A DNA stretch of 64,000 bases from Pseudomonadota bacterium (GTDB taxonomy: Bacteria; Pseudomonadota; Alphaproteobacteria; Sphingomonadales; SMXR01), in NCBI GenBank assembly GCA_022574255.1, contig JACZSK010000004.1, positions 704 to 64,703 on the forward strand. Direction: 5' to 3'. The translations under genes were made by a program, and so were the position numbers. Shown here in pieces: positions 8,985 through 18,356 of the stretch; the stretch's first letter is position 1, and every line of letters begins with the position of its first letter. The notes beneath the pieces are model-generated. The model had not been told where the DNA came from and did no database searches. It saw only the letters and a list, made by a program, of their open reading frames with translations.

Positions 8985-10505
8985 ATGAGTACTGAAACGA
9001 TAATTCTGGTAGGGGTCAGCATCTACCTTGTAGCGATGCTTGTTATTGGCGTCGCGGTCGCGCGCCGGGCTGGCTCTCAGGAAGATTTCATAGTTGCCGG
9101 ACGCAGGTTGCCCATCTGGATATTGAGCGCCACAATTATCGCCACCTGGTTTGGCGGCGGCACCATGCTGGGGGGTGCGGGCGCCGGCTATGAAGGCGGC
9201 TTTCTGGCAGCCATAGCCGATCCTTTCGGCGGCTCCCTGGTCCTGATTCTGGTGGGTTTCTTTTTCGTGCGAACCTTCCGGCGGATGAAATTACTCACCG
9301 TTGTCGAGTTTTTTGAAGACCGGTTCGGGCGCATTGCCGGCATTGTGGCATCCGTGGGTCTGATCCTCTCGAATATCGGCTGGACAGGCGCGATGCTGGT
9401 GGCGTTTGGCCATGTATTCCAGACCCTGACCGGCATCCCCATGGAAGTGGGAATATTGGGCGGTGCGGTCATTGTTATAGGCTACACGACGGTCGGCGGA
9501 ATGTGGGCGGTGGCCCTCACCGACTTTGTTCAGGTCGTGATTCTTGCTATCGGCCTGTTCATGCTGCTCACGGTCGTGCTCATTGATGTCGGTGGCTGGA
9601 GCGCCATAGCGCCACAATTGCCGGAGCACAGCTTCCGCATGATCCCGCTTGAGCACACCACCGAGAGATGGCTGAACTATTTGCGGCTGTGGTTTATTTT
9701 TGGCCTTGCCGACCTTTCCGCGCAGACCCTTATGCAACGTGTCTTTGCCGCCAGGAATGAGCAGGTCGCGCAAAATTCTTTTTATCTGGCCGGCGCAGGA
9801 TATCTGCTGCTTGGCCTGATCCCGGTGACGCTGGGAATAATTGCCAGTGTCACCATGCCCGGCCTGGCCGACCCGGAAACCGTCATTCCCAGGATGGCAG
9901 TCGAGCATCTGCACCCTGTGGCCATCGCCATTTTCGTGGGGGCGATGCTGGCCGCCATAATGAGCAGCGCCGACAGCGCCCTTCTCGCGACCGCGAGCAT
10001 CATCAGCGTAAATATTGCACCGCTATTTAAGGCAGACATCAGGCCCGACAAGAAACTTCTGATCACGCGCATCGCCATACCGGCGTGCGGCATCATTGCA
10101 GTTTATGTGGCGCTGAAAGTGCAGGTCGTGCTCGAACTTATGTTCGACGCAAATTCTTTCATGATGGCCAGCGTTACTATTCCCTTCATCGCCGGTGTCT
10201 GGTGGAAAAAGGCCAACCGCACCGGTGCCCTCACCGCAATGGCTGTGGGCTTCATTGCGTGGGTTCTCATTGAGTGGATTTATCCCAATCTGGCAGGCGA
10301 TGTGCTCGGGCTTCTTTTCGCGGCCGCGGCAATCGCAATTGTCACGCCGCTCACCCAGTCCTTTGACCCGCCGAGACCGCTGATCGACGGAGATGGCAAG
10401 CCCATTGATCTCAGGGACCGGCTCGGTATTTTGCCGCTGTTCTCGCGGGCAAAACCGGGAAGGATAAGCTCGGATGAGGCCGACGAACCAAAGTCGCTCG
10501 GTTAG
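8985..10505 (+). CDS. Sodium:solute symporter (SSS family)
   Basis: Multi-TM protein; DFIVAGRRL, ATWFGGG, YTTVGGMWAVALTD, AAIMSSADSALL. Confidence 0.9.
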   Translation: MSTETIILVGVSIYLVAMLVIGVAVARRAGSQEDFIVAGRRLPIWILSATIIATWFGGGTMLGGAGAGYEGGFLAAIADPFGGSLVLILVGFFFVRTFRRMKLLTVVEFFEDRFGRIAGIVASVGLILSNIGWTGAMLVAFGHVFQTLTGIPMEVGILGGAVIVIGYTTVGGMWAVALTDFVQVVILAIGLFMLLTVVLIDVGGWSAIAPQLPEHSFRMIPLEHTTERWLNYLRLWFIFGLADLSAQTLMQRVFAARNEQVAQNSFYLAGAGYLLLGLIPVTLGIIASVTMPGLADPETVIPRMAVEHLHPVAIAIFVGAMLAAIMSSADSALLATASIISVNIAPLFKADIRPDKKLLITRIAIPACGIIAVYVALKVQVVLELMFDANSFMMASVTIPFIAGVWWKKANRTGALTAMAVGFIAWVLIEWIYPNLAGDVLGLLFAAAAIAIVTPLTQSFDPPRPLIDGDGKPIDLRDRLGILPLFSRAKPGRISSDEADEPKSLG

Positions 10506-10508
10506 AGG

Positions 10509-11183
10509 CTATTTCTGAAAATCCGATTCGATGCGCTCCATGCCGTCCTGTATGTCCAATCGGATTGCTTCTCTGAGGGCTATCTCGTCTTTCTTCTTCA
10601 GTGCATCGATCGCTTTTACGTGATGGTCGACCGTCAGGGACGTGCCAAGGCGGCCTATGACCATGCGCATGAAGGGTCCAAACTGAAGCCAGACGCTCTC
10701 GATTAACCGAAGAATGATGGGGCAGTCGCTGGCGCGATAGAGCGTAAAATGAAATTCCCAGTTTTTCAGGCAGTACTTATCAGGGTCGCCTCTTTCCATG
10801 GCCTCATCGACCTCGGCGTCAATGCGCTCGAGTTCCCTGATCAGGGCTTTGTCGGCATGAGGCAGAGCGCGAGCGGCAATCTCGGGCTCCAGCAGGACGC
10901 GGGCCGACCATATTTCCTGGAAACGTCTTTCGGTCATGCGAGCGACTGATATCCTGCGCGTGCTTCGCATTTCCAGCGCCCCAAGGGCGACCAGGCGCCG
11001 CACAGACTCACGCACTGGCATCGGGCTGTAACCCAGTTGCTGGGCCATTCCCCGGAGGGTCAGTATTTTCCCCGGTTCAAAGGCGCCGGTGATGATCGCA
11101 TCATACAGCGCCTTATACGCCTCTTCATGAGCAATCTTCCGATCTGGAGTTTTGTCGTTTCCACCTGACTCACTGCGGGGCAA
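10509..11183 (-). CDS. GntR-family (FCD) transcriptional regulator
   Basis: wHTH segment (DAIITGAFEPG, LGYSPMPVRESVRRL) and FCD motifs (ARVLLEPE, NWEFHFTLY); start codon uncertain. Confidence 0.9.
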   Translation of the reverse strand: MPRSESGGNDKTPDRKIAHEEAYKALYDAIITGAFEPGKILTLRGMAQQLGYSPMPVRESVRRLVALGALEMRSTRRISVARMTERRFQEIWSARVLLEPEIAARALPHADKALIRELERIDAEVDEAMERGDPDKYCLKNWEFHFTLYRASDCPIILRLIESVWLQFGPFMRMVIGRLGTSLTVDHHVKAIDALKKKDEIALREAIRLDIQDGMERIESDFQK

Positions 11184-11257
11184 AACTTGTTTCCTCTCTT
11201 GCGGCTCAAAAACGCGAATTCGCAGAATATGGATGCAGGCAACTCTGCCCTATCCTC

Positions 11258-11296
11258 TTGATTTCACCAAGAGCTACTGGCACATTTGTGATCACA
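11258..11296 (+). promoter_or_regulatory. Sigma70-like promoter with overlapping TGTGATCACA operator
   Basis: TTGATT(11258)-N17-CACATT(11281) immediately followed by TGTGATCACA at 11287-11296, between gntR and the amidotransferase. Confidence 0.65.
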
Positions 11297-11337
11297 TTAT
11301 CAAAGGCGAGAGCGCCATTAAACGCCGGATTTTTCTG

Positions 11338-12198
11338 ATGCTGAAAATATTGATTGTTGAAGGCAATGTCAAAGAGTTGCGTGACAAGGCCGTTGCCGCG
11401 GGCTCACTGGCCCAGAGTGATCTGTATCAAAAAACCCTGCGCTCGCTGGCTGATGACCTGATCTGCACTATTGTTTATCCCGCCGACGAAGGCGCGGTCC
11501 TGCCAGGGGAAGCAGAGTTGACCGAATATGACGGCATAGCCTGGACCGGCTCAGCGCTTAATGTTTACGATCGGGGACCAGCCATTGATCGCCAGATCGA
11601 TTTCATGAAGCGGAGTTTTGCGGAGAAAAACCGGATATTCGGCAGTTGCTGGGGATTGCAAGTGGCCGTTGTGGCGGCTGGCGGCAAAGTTACCGCAAAT
11701 GCCAAGGGCCGGGAGATCGGAATCAGTCGGGACATTAAGATCACGGAAGAAGGGCTGTCTCATCCCCTGTATAATGGAAAGCCAGTCACCTTTGACGCCG
11801 TCACTATTCACCTTGATCATGCGGTTCGCCTTCCCGCCGGGTCCAGGATTCTTTCGGGTAACGCCATGAGCGAGATTCAGGCGGTTGAGATAAAGTACGG
11901 AGAATCAGTATTTTGGGGCGTGCAATATCATCCGGAGTTTGATCTCGAATATATCGCCAGCCTTATCCGCAGATATGGCAAGACGCTGATTGACGAGGGA
12001 ATCCGCAAGGATGATGCTGATGTGGAAAAATGGGCGGCCGACCTGGCGGCAGCGCAAAGCAGCGAAGACGGAAATGACATGAGCCGGCAATATCATCTGG
12101 GGCCCGATGTGCTGGATTCCCGCTGCCGCCTGCTGGAGCTGTCAAACTGGCTTTCTTTCGTGCGGCAGGGTAAGACCGATGCTGGCGTCGACGACTAG
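11338..12198 (+). CDS. Class I glutamine amidotransferase-like protein (possible gamma-glutamyl hydrolase)
   Basis: WTGS, nucleophile elbow GSCWGLQ, GVQYHPE triad motif. Confidence 0.8.
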   Translation: MLKILIVEGNVKELRDKAVAAGSLAQSDLYQKTLRSLADDLICTIVYPADEGAVLPGEAELTEYDGIAWTGSALNVYDRGPAIDRQIDFMKRSFAEKNRIFGSCWGLQVAVVAAGGKVTANAKGREIGISRDIKITEEGLSHPLYNGKPVTFDAVTIHLDHAVRLPAGSRILSGNAMSEIQAVEIKYGESVFWGVQYHPEFDLEYIASLIRRYGKTLIDEGIRKDDADVEKWAADLAAAQSSEDGNDMSRQYHLGPDVLDSRCRLLELSNWLSFVRQGKTDAGVDD

Positions 12199-12223
12199 CG
12201 AGCAGTCGCTCACAACAGTTTGC

Positions 12224-12270
12224 TTGAAGCGCAGGCAAGAAAGAATTAGCCTCTTTTTTGTGATCACAAA
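12224..12270 (+). promoter_or_regulatory. Promoter plus TTTGTGATCACAAA operator
   Basis: TTGAAG(12224)-N17-TAGCCT(12247); palindrome at 12257-12270, 11 bp before the start codon. Confidence 0.7.
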
Positions 12271-12281
12271 TATGGTGAGAC

Positions 12282-13652
12282 ATGCCGAAAAACGGTGAGA
12301 ATACGGAAATCGAACAATGGCTGAACGAAAATAACGTTCAGAATGTTGAGGTTCTTGTGAGCGATCTTGCGGGCATCGGCCGCGGCAAGGTCATGCCCGC
12401 AGAGAAATTTATCAAGGCGCACGGCACGCGTGGGCTGCGGGTGCCGGATTCTTTGTTCAGCATGACCGTCGATTGCGAATTTATTACCAACGAATATATA
12501 ACCGCCGTCGAGGAGGACGTGCATCTGGTGCCGGACTTTGCCACGGCAGGGCTGGTGCCCTGGCTTGAGAGCGTCACTGCTTTTTTCATTTGCGACGTCA
12601 GGAAAGAGGACGGCACAGCACTCGGCCTGTCCCCCCGCCAGGTATTGAAGAACATATTGTCGCTATACGCGGAAAAGGGCTGGGAGCCGATAGTCGCACC
12701 GGAGTTCGAATTCACTTTACTGGCAAGAGATACCGACGCCGAAGGCGCGGCGGCCTCTCCTGCTCCGCCAAGGGGGAAATCGGGCCGCCTGATCGTCGAC
12801 AGGGGTGTTCTTTCGATTGACGGCATCACCGAATTTGGGCCCCTGTTTGATGATGTTCGGCGCTACTGCAATTCCATGGGGCTGCCGGTGGATGCGCTGG
12901 TTCAGGAAGCCGGCGTCGGCCAATTCGAATTCAACGTGGCGCATGGCGAGCCGCTGCGCATGGCCGACGTTGCGTTTCAGTTCAAGCGGATCATGAAATG
13001 GGCGGCGGTGCAGCATGGTCTTTACGCCAGTTTTATGGCCAAGCCTTATCCCGGCGATTTCGGCAACGCCATGCATATCCATCAAAGTGTTGTTGATGCG
13101 GAAACAAAGCTGAATATTTTTGCTGACGAGGACGGAAACGACACCGGGCTGTTTACCGCTCACGTTGCTGGATTACAAAAATACGCAGCAGCGGCGATGC
13201 CGTTTTTTGCCCCTTATTCAAATTCCTATTTGCGCCTGAGCGGCCATCTGAGTTCGCCGGTGAATACCCACTGGGGAATGGAGAACCGCTCTGTTGGTCT
13301 GCGCGTTCCGGCGGGCGGAGGCGCCTCGCGCCGAATCGAAAACCGCATTGCCGGCTCGGACACCAACCCCTATCTGGCGATTGCCGCGTCTTTGCTCTGT
13401 GGATATCTGGGCATGGTTGAGGGTCTCAAGCCCACGCCGCCGGTGACCGGATCGGCATACGACCTGACGACCAATGGCCTGCCGCAACATATACATGCAA
13501 GCCTGGAGGCGCTGGAACGCTGTGACCCACTGCGGGAATTTCTCGGCGAAGGTTTTGTAACCACCTTCCTCGATGTTAAAAAGGCAGAGATAAAAGCGAG
13601 ATCAAATGTCCTGTCACCCTGGGACACAAAATTCCTGCTGACCAACGTTTGA
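12282..13652 (+). CDS. puuA: Gamma-glutamylpolyamine synthetase (GS-like, PuuA/PauA type)
   Basis: DLAGIGRGK, PIVAPEFEF, EAGVGQFE, FMAKP..GNAMHIHQS, WGMENRSVGLRVP, RIENR; polyamine gene context. Confidence 0.75.
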   Translation: MPKNGENTEIEQWLNENNVQNVEVLVSDLAGIGRGKVMPAEKFIKAHGTRGLRVPDSLFSMTVDCEFITNEYITAVEEDVHLVPDFATAGLVPWLESVTAFFICDVRKEDGTALGLSPRQVLKNILSLYAEKGWEPIVAPEFEFTLLARDTDAEGAAASPAPPRGKSGRLIVDRGVLSIDGITEFGPLFDDVRRYCNSMGLPVDALVQEAGVGQFEFNVAHGEPLRMADVAFQFKRIMKWAAVQHGLYASFMAKPYPGDFGNAMHIHQSVVDAETKLNIFADEDGNDTGLFTAHVAGLQKYAAAAMPFFAPYSNSYLRLSGHLSSPVNTHWGMENRSVGLRVPAGGGASRRIENRIAGSDTNPYLAIAASLLCGYLGMVEGLKPTPPVTGSAYDLTTNGLPQHIHASLEALERCDPLREFLGEGFVTTFLDVKKAEIKARSNVLSPWDTKFLLTNV

Positions 13653-13682
13653 CCGGATGAACGCGAGAAGCAGAGGCAGAAA

Positions 13683-14618
13683 ATGAACAAGAAAATTATC
13701 GATCCAATGGAAAGCAGGGATGAGGCCTACACCGGCATCCTCAGCTTTATGCGTCTGCCCTATTCCCGAGACCTGGAGGGGGCCGATATTATGGTGCTGG
13801 GCGTGCCATATGACCTTGGCACAACCAATCGCCCCGGGGCGCGGTTTGGCCCCCGCGCGATCCGTGAAATGTCGTCATTGGTAGGCGAATTTCAGTGGGG
13901 CGTATGGCCCTGGGACTACCATCTGCTCGATCACCGCCGTATAGCCGACTATGGCGACGTGTGCAATTTCACAGCCAGTCCCGAGCGCCTGGTATCCGAG
14001 CTGGAAAAGACCGCAGACGAGATTTTAAGCGCCGGCACGGCGTTGATGGCGCTGGGTGGAGACCATTTTATTTCGCTGCCACTGCTGAGGGCGCAGGCAA
14101 GAAAACACGGCCCCCTGGCGCTTGTTCATTTCGATGCCCATTCGGACACCTGGCGGGACGAAAACTTCAATCATGGCACCATGTTTTATCATGCCATCCA
14201 GGAAGGCCTGATCGACGTCGAACATTCTGTTCAGGTTGGTATCAGAACGCCCAATCCGGATACCTTCGGCATTGAAATTATTGATGCCATACAGCTTAAC
14301 AACATGACGAATTCCGAGGCGGTGACCCGCATCAGGGAGCGCGTCGGGGAATGCAATGCCTATCTGACGTTCGATATCGACTTTCTGGACCCCGCCTATG
14401 CGCCGGGCACCGGGACCCCCGTTGCCGGCGGTGCCAGCGTCATACAGGCGCGCGAAATATTGCACGGCCTGCGGGGGCTCAAGATTATTGGTGGCGATCA
14501 GGTTGAAGTCGCTCCGGCGTACGACGCCCCAGGGTCGATCACGGCTCTGGCGGGTGCAACGATTGCCGCGGATATCCTGTATCTGATTTCAGAGGCTCTG
14601 GAAAATATTCAGGTCTGA
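13683..14618 (+). CDS. speB: Agmatinase (ureohydrolase)
   Basis: GGDH, DAHSD, HGT, FDIDFLDPAYAPGTGTP. Confidence 0.85.
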   Translation: MNKKIIDPMESRDEAYTGILSFMRLPYSRDLEGADIMVLGVPYDLGTTNRPGARFGPRAIREMSSLVGEFQWGVWPWDYHLLDHRRIADYGDVCNFTASPERLVSELEKTADEILSAGTALMALGGDHFISLPLLRAQARKHGPLALVHFDAHSDTWRDENFNHGTMFYHAIQEGLIDVEHSVQVGIRTPNPDTFGIEIIDAIQLNNMTNSEAVTRIRERVGECNAYLTFDIDFLDPAYAPGTGTPVAGGASVIQAREILHGLRGLKIIGGDQVEVAPAYDAPGSITALAGATIAADILYLISEALENIQV

Positions 14619-14674
14619 CCGGCAGCAATAGACACAAGAATAGTCACAAGAATGATTCAAGCGGGAATTAGAGC

Positions 14675-16048
14675 ATGAAGAACTTCAACAGAAATACAGA
14701 ACAATGGCAGCAACTGGACCGGGATCACCACATCCATCCCTTTACCGATCCGGCGCAGTTGAATGCCAAGGGAGTGCGCGTCATAACCAGAGCCGAGGGC
14801 TCTTATATCTGGGATTCCGAGGGTAACAAGATTCTTGATGGCATGGCCGGGCTCTGGTGCGTGAACGTCGGGTACGGTCGCAGCGAGCTTATTGAGGCGG
14901 CCAACCGCCAAATGAAGGAGCTGCCCTATTATAATTCCTTCTTTCAGACCTCCAACCAGCCGCAGATCGAGCTTGGCAGGCTGCTTTCGGGGGTGACCCC
15001 GGAGGGCTTCGATCATTTTTTCTATTCAAGCTCCGGCTCCGAAGCAAATGACACCATTGTGCGGCTGGTGCGCCACTATTGGGAGATCAAGGGGCAGCCA
15101 TCCAGAAAGGCGATCATCAGCCGGCATAACGCCTATCACGGCAGTACCCTGGCAGCCACCAGCCTGGGCGGCATGAAATATATGCACGATATGGGCGGCT
15201 CACTGCTGCCCGGGTTCGAGCATATAAATCAGCCCCATTGGTATCTGGAAGGGGGAGACCTGTCGGAAGAGGAATTCGGGCTGGCGCGGGCCAGGGAACT
15301 GGAAGACAAGATCAATGAGCTTGGTGCGGAAAACGTATCGGCTTTTATCGGTGAACCTATTCAGGGCGCCGGCGGGGTCATTGTGCCGCCCGACAGTTAC
15401 TGGCCGGAGATTCAAAGAATATGCACCGAATATGACATTCTTCTGGTGGCGGACGAAGTAATCTGCGGATTCGGGCGCACCGGCAACTGGTTTGGTTCCG
15501 AGACCATGGGGATCAAGCCTGATATTATGACCCTGGCGAAGGGCCTGTCCTCCGGCTATCTGCCGATTTCAGCCGTGGCCCTGCATCAGCGGGTGGCTGA
15601 GGTATTGACAGCGGGCGGTGAAATTAATCACGGCTATACCTATTCCGGGCATCCCGTCGCCTGCGCGGTTGCCATCGCCAACATCAACTTTATCCGCGAC
15701 AACGGCCTGGTGGAAATGGTCAGAGACACGACCGGGCCTTATCTGCGGGAGGGCTTGCGGCAGCTGGCGGAACGGCACCGCCTGATCGGGGAAGTGCGGG
15801 GCAGAGGATTGATCTACGCAATCCAGTTGGTCAGGGACAAGGATGAAAAGATGTTATTCTCCGCGGATGACGAGGTCGGAACCAAGTGCCGCGATCATTG
15901 CTTCGAGAACAATCTGATCATGCGCGCGGTGGATCAGTCGATGGTCATGAGCCCGCCGCTGACCATCAGCAAGGGTGAAATCGACGAGCTGCTCGAAAAG
16001 TTGGAACGATGTCTTGATCTGACCGCCAGCGAACTCGGACTGTCCTAG
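14675..16048 (+). CDS. spuC: Putrescine/polyamine--pyruvate aminotransferase
   Basis: HIHPFTD, LDGMAGLWCVNVGYG, ELPYYNSFF, GEPIQGAGGVIVPP, ADEVICGFGRTG, HGYTYSGHP. Confidence 0.8.
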   Translation: MKNFNRNTEQWQQLDRDHHIHPFTDPAQLNAKGVRVITRAEGSYIWDSEGNKILDGMAGLWCVNVGYGRSELIEAANRQMKELPYYNSFFQTSNQPQIELGRLLSGVTPEGFDHFFYSSSGSEANDTIVRLVRHYWEIKGQPSRKAIISRHNAYHGSTLAATSLGGMKYMHDMGGSLLPGFEHINQPHWYLEGGDLSEEEFGLARARELEDKINELGAENVSAFIGEPIQGAGGVIVPPDSYWPEIQRICTEYDILLVADEVICGFGRTGNWFGSETMGIKPDIMTLAKGLSSGYLPISAVALHQRVAEVLTAGGEINHGYTYSGHPVACAVAIANINFIRDNGLVEMVRDTTGPYLREGLRQLAERHRLIGEVRGRGLIYAIQLVRDKDEKMLFSADDEVGTKCRDHCFENNLIMRAVDQSMVMSPPLTISKGEIDELLEKLERCLDLTASELGLS

Positions 16049-16088
16049 CAACCAAACAATGCCGGCGCAAAGAGAGGCGAGGATTCTC

Positions 16089-16129
16089 TTGAAAACAGCC
16101 TAGCTTGTGCGCCATAATATGTGATCACA
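16089..16129 (+). promoter_or_regulatory. Promoter plus TGTGATCACA operator
   Basis: TTGAAA(16089)-N18-CATAAT(16113); operator at 16120-16129 just downstream of the -10 box. Confidence 0.7.
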
Positions 16130-16143
16130 AAATAACGTAAAAT

Positions 16144-17436
16144 ATGCGGACGATCGACATGAGCATAGCGCCGGATTGCCAATCCTACTACACCGCCACC
16201 ATCAATGAGCCAACAAGCTACCCCCGGCTTCAGGGCGACGAAGTGGCGGATATTTGCATCATTGGCGGCGGTTATACCGGCCTTTCATCGGCACTGCGGC
16301 TGGCTGAAAGGGGTTACGCGGTAGCGCTGCTGGAGTCGTTCAACATCGGCTGGGGTGCCTCTGGCAGAAACGGCGGGCAGTTGCTGAACGGGCTTGGCGG
16401 CCGCCCGGCCCTGAGAAAGAAATATGGGGCTGATATTGAAGCCTTTATCGATCGGCTGTGTTGGCGTGGCAATGAAATTGTCGAGGAAAATATCAAGAAA
16501 TACGACATAGAATGTGATCTCAAATACGGACATATCGACTGCGCATTCAAGGATCGGCAGATGCGCGATCTGGAGACAGAATTCGAGCGTTTCAGTTCAC
16601 TTGGTATGGGCGACCGTTTCCGCATGGTTGGCGCGGATGAAATAAACGAACATGTCGGGACTAGGGCATACAAGGGCGGCTTGTATAATGACCGTGATGG
16701 TCACCTGCATCCACTGAATCTTTGCCTTGGCGAAGCCCGCGCTGCAACCGGGCTGGGTGTAAAAATATACGAGCAGAGCCCGGTTACCAGCATTGCCCAT
16801 GGCAAAGAGCCCGTGGTTCACACCGAACATGGTTCTGTCAGGGCAAAAATGGTTATTCTGGCGGGAAACGCCTATCACCTGCTGGAGCAAAAACAGGTGG
16901 GCGGCGTTTTGTTCCCGGCGGGGACTTTCATCATCGCCACAGAGCCATTGGATGACGCGATGGCGAGCAATGTAATGCCCAGTGATGCCGCCGCCTGCGA
17001 CGTCAACGAGATGCTGGATTACTATCGCCTGTCCGCCGACAAGCGCATGCTGTACGGCGGGCGGTGCAATTATTCAGGACGTGACCCCAAGGACATCAAG
17101 GCCGCGATTCTGCCGCGCATGCTACGGGTCTTCCCACAGCTGAAAGACGCCCGGATTGACTTCCAGTGGGGCGGAAAAATCGGCATCGTCATAAACCGGG
17201 TTCCACAGTTGGGGCGGATTGGAGACAACGTATATTATGCCCAGGGATATTCCGGGCACGGCATCAATCAGACGCATATTGTTGGTGAAATATTGACCGA
17301 CGCCATATGTGGCCAAATGGAAGATTTCGATGTTTTCGCCAAGGTGAAACACTGGAAAATTCCGGCCCCGCGCTGGGTCGGCAACAACATGGTCGCTCTG
17401 GGCATGCTCTATTACAGGATGAAAGACCTTTTGTAA
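16144..17436 (+). CDS. puuB: Gamma-glutamylputrescine oxidase-like FAD oxidoreductase
   Basis: SYYTAT, IIGGGYTGLSSA, GASGRNGGQ, GHLHPLNL, LDYYRLSAD, QGYSGHG. Confidence 0.8.
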   Translation: MRTIDMSIAPDCQSYYTATINEPTSYPRLQGDEVADICIIGGGYTGLSSALRLAERGYAVALLESFNIGWGASGRNGGQLLNGLGGRPALRKKYGADIEAFIDRLCWRGNEIVEENIKKYDIECDLKYGHIDCAFKDRQMRDLETEFERFSSLGMGDRFRMVGADEINEHVGTRAYKGGLYNDRDGHLHPLNLCLGEARAATGLGVKIYEQSPVTSIAHGKEPVVHTEHGSVRAKMVILAGNAYHLLEQKQVGGVLFPAGTFIIATEPLDDAMASNVMPSDAAACDVNEMLDYYRLSADKRMLYGGRCNYSGRDPKDIKAAILPRMLRVFPQLKDARIDFQWGGKIGIVINRVPQLGRIGDNVYYAQGYSGHGINQTHIVGEILTDAICGQMEDFDVFAKVKHWKIPAPRWVGNNMVALGMLYYRMKDLL

Positions 17437-17455
17437 GGGACGGGAGCGATAGAGG

Positions 17456-18325
17456 ATGGATATCGGTCTGAATAAACTGCTGAAAAATCCGATGATCAGG
17501 GTATGGCTGTTTAATGCCGTCAAGTACCTGACCTATGGCTATCTCTGTTACAACGGGCTCCAATTCTATCAAAACGAATCGGCTGCCGGGGGGGTGACTT
17601 TCGCAGGGGGGCTGAATCTGTCCGAGATCATCGAGGTCTATTCAGCATCCATCGATACCACCTTCTGGATATTGCTGGTCGTGCTGCTGGAACTCGAGAC
17701 CTACTTAATAGACGACGAGGTTTTGAAGCGCCCCGCCGTCAAGTGGGGCATGATGGCCGCGAACGGGCTTTGCTACACGATGATCCTGTGGGCCTGGTAT
17801 GGCTATATTGCAAAATTTATGTTCCAGGCGGATATCGTGCCCCTGATCGTCGCCAACGCCTGCGCTCTGGTTGAGCAAAATTATTCGATCCTTGTCGCGC
17901 TGGAAGAGTATATCCCGCTCACTGCGGATAACTGCCGGACGCTGGCTGGGCAGGAGCTTTTCCGACTGAACGGCTACAACATAATCGCTCCACTGAATGA
18001 TCTGGAATATGCCCGTAATGTCGCCATGATCGACATATTCAATTCGACCAGCTGGATAGGTGTTGTTGCGGTGCTGGGGGTTGATGTCTGGTACCAGTTG
18101 AAGGGCAATTACTCGGGCCTGTTACTCAAAGTCAGCAACATCGCGAAGGTCATTCTCTATACCACGCTGTTCGGATGTGCGGCGGCCTGGGCCTACACAG
18201 GCGAACTATTGGATATCACTGACGCGGTGCTATGGCTGTTCGCCTTCTTCTTTATTGAGTTGAACCTCTTCCAGTGGCAGCAGGAAACCGAAGAAGAGGA
18301 AAGAGCAGCAGCGGCCACGGCCTGA
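17456..18325 (+). CDS. Hypothetical integral membrane protein
   Basis: About 6 hydrophobic segments, RBS AGAGG, sits in the operon between puuB and puuC; no family recognised. Confidence 0.7.
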   Translation: MDIGLNKLLKNPMIRVWLFNAVKYLTYGYLCYNGLQFYQNESAAGGVTFAGGLNLSEIIEVYSASIDTTFWILLVVLLELETYLIDDEVLKRPAVKWGMMAANGLCYTMILWAWYGYIAKFMFQADIVPLIVANACALVEQNYSILVALEEYIPLTADNCRTLAGQELFRLNGYNIIAPLNDLEYARNVAMIDIFNSTSWIGVVAVLGVDVWYQLKGNYSGLLLKVSNIAKVILYTTLFGCAAAWAYTGELLDITDAVLWLFAFFFIELNLFQWQQETEEEERAAAATA

Positions 18326-18356
18326 ACGGGTCTGGCCCACAAACTGGGACAAGCTT

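Noticed and set aside
11278-11293. Sigma54 promoter (TGGCAC)
   Set aside because: No TTGC at the -12 position
12282-13652. Housekeeping glutamine synthetase glnA
   Set aside because: Sequence features and neighbours fit the PuuA/PauA gamma-glutamylamine ligases
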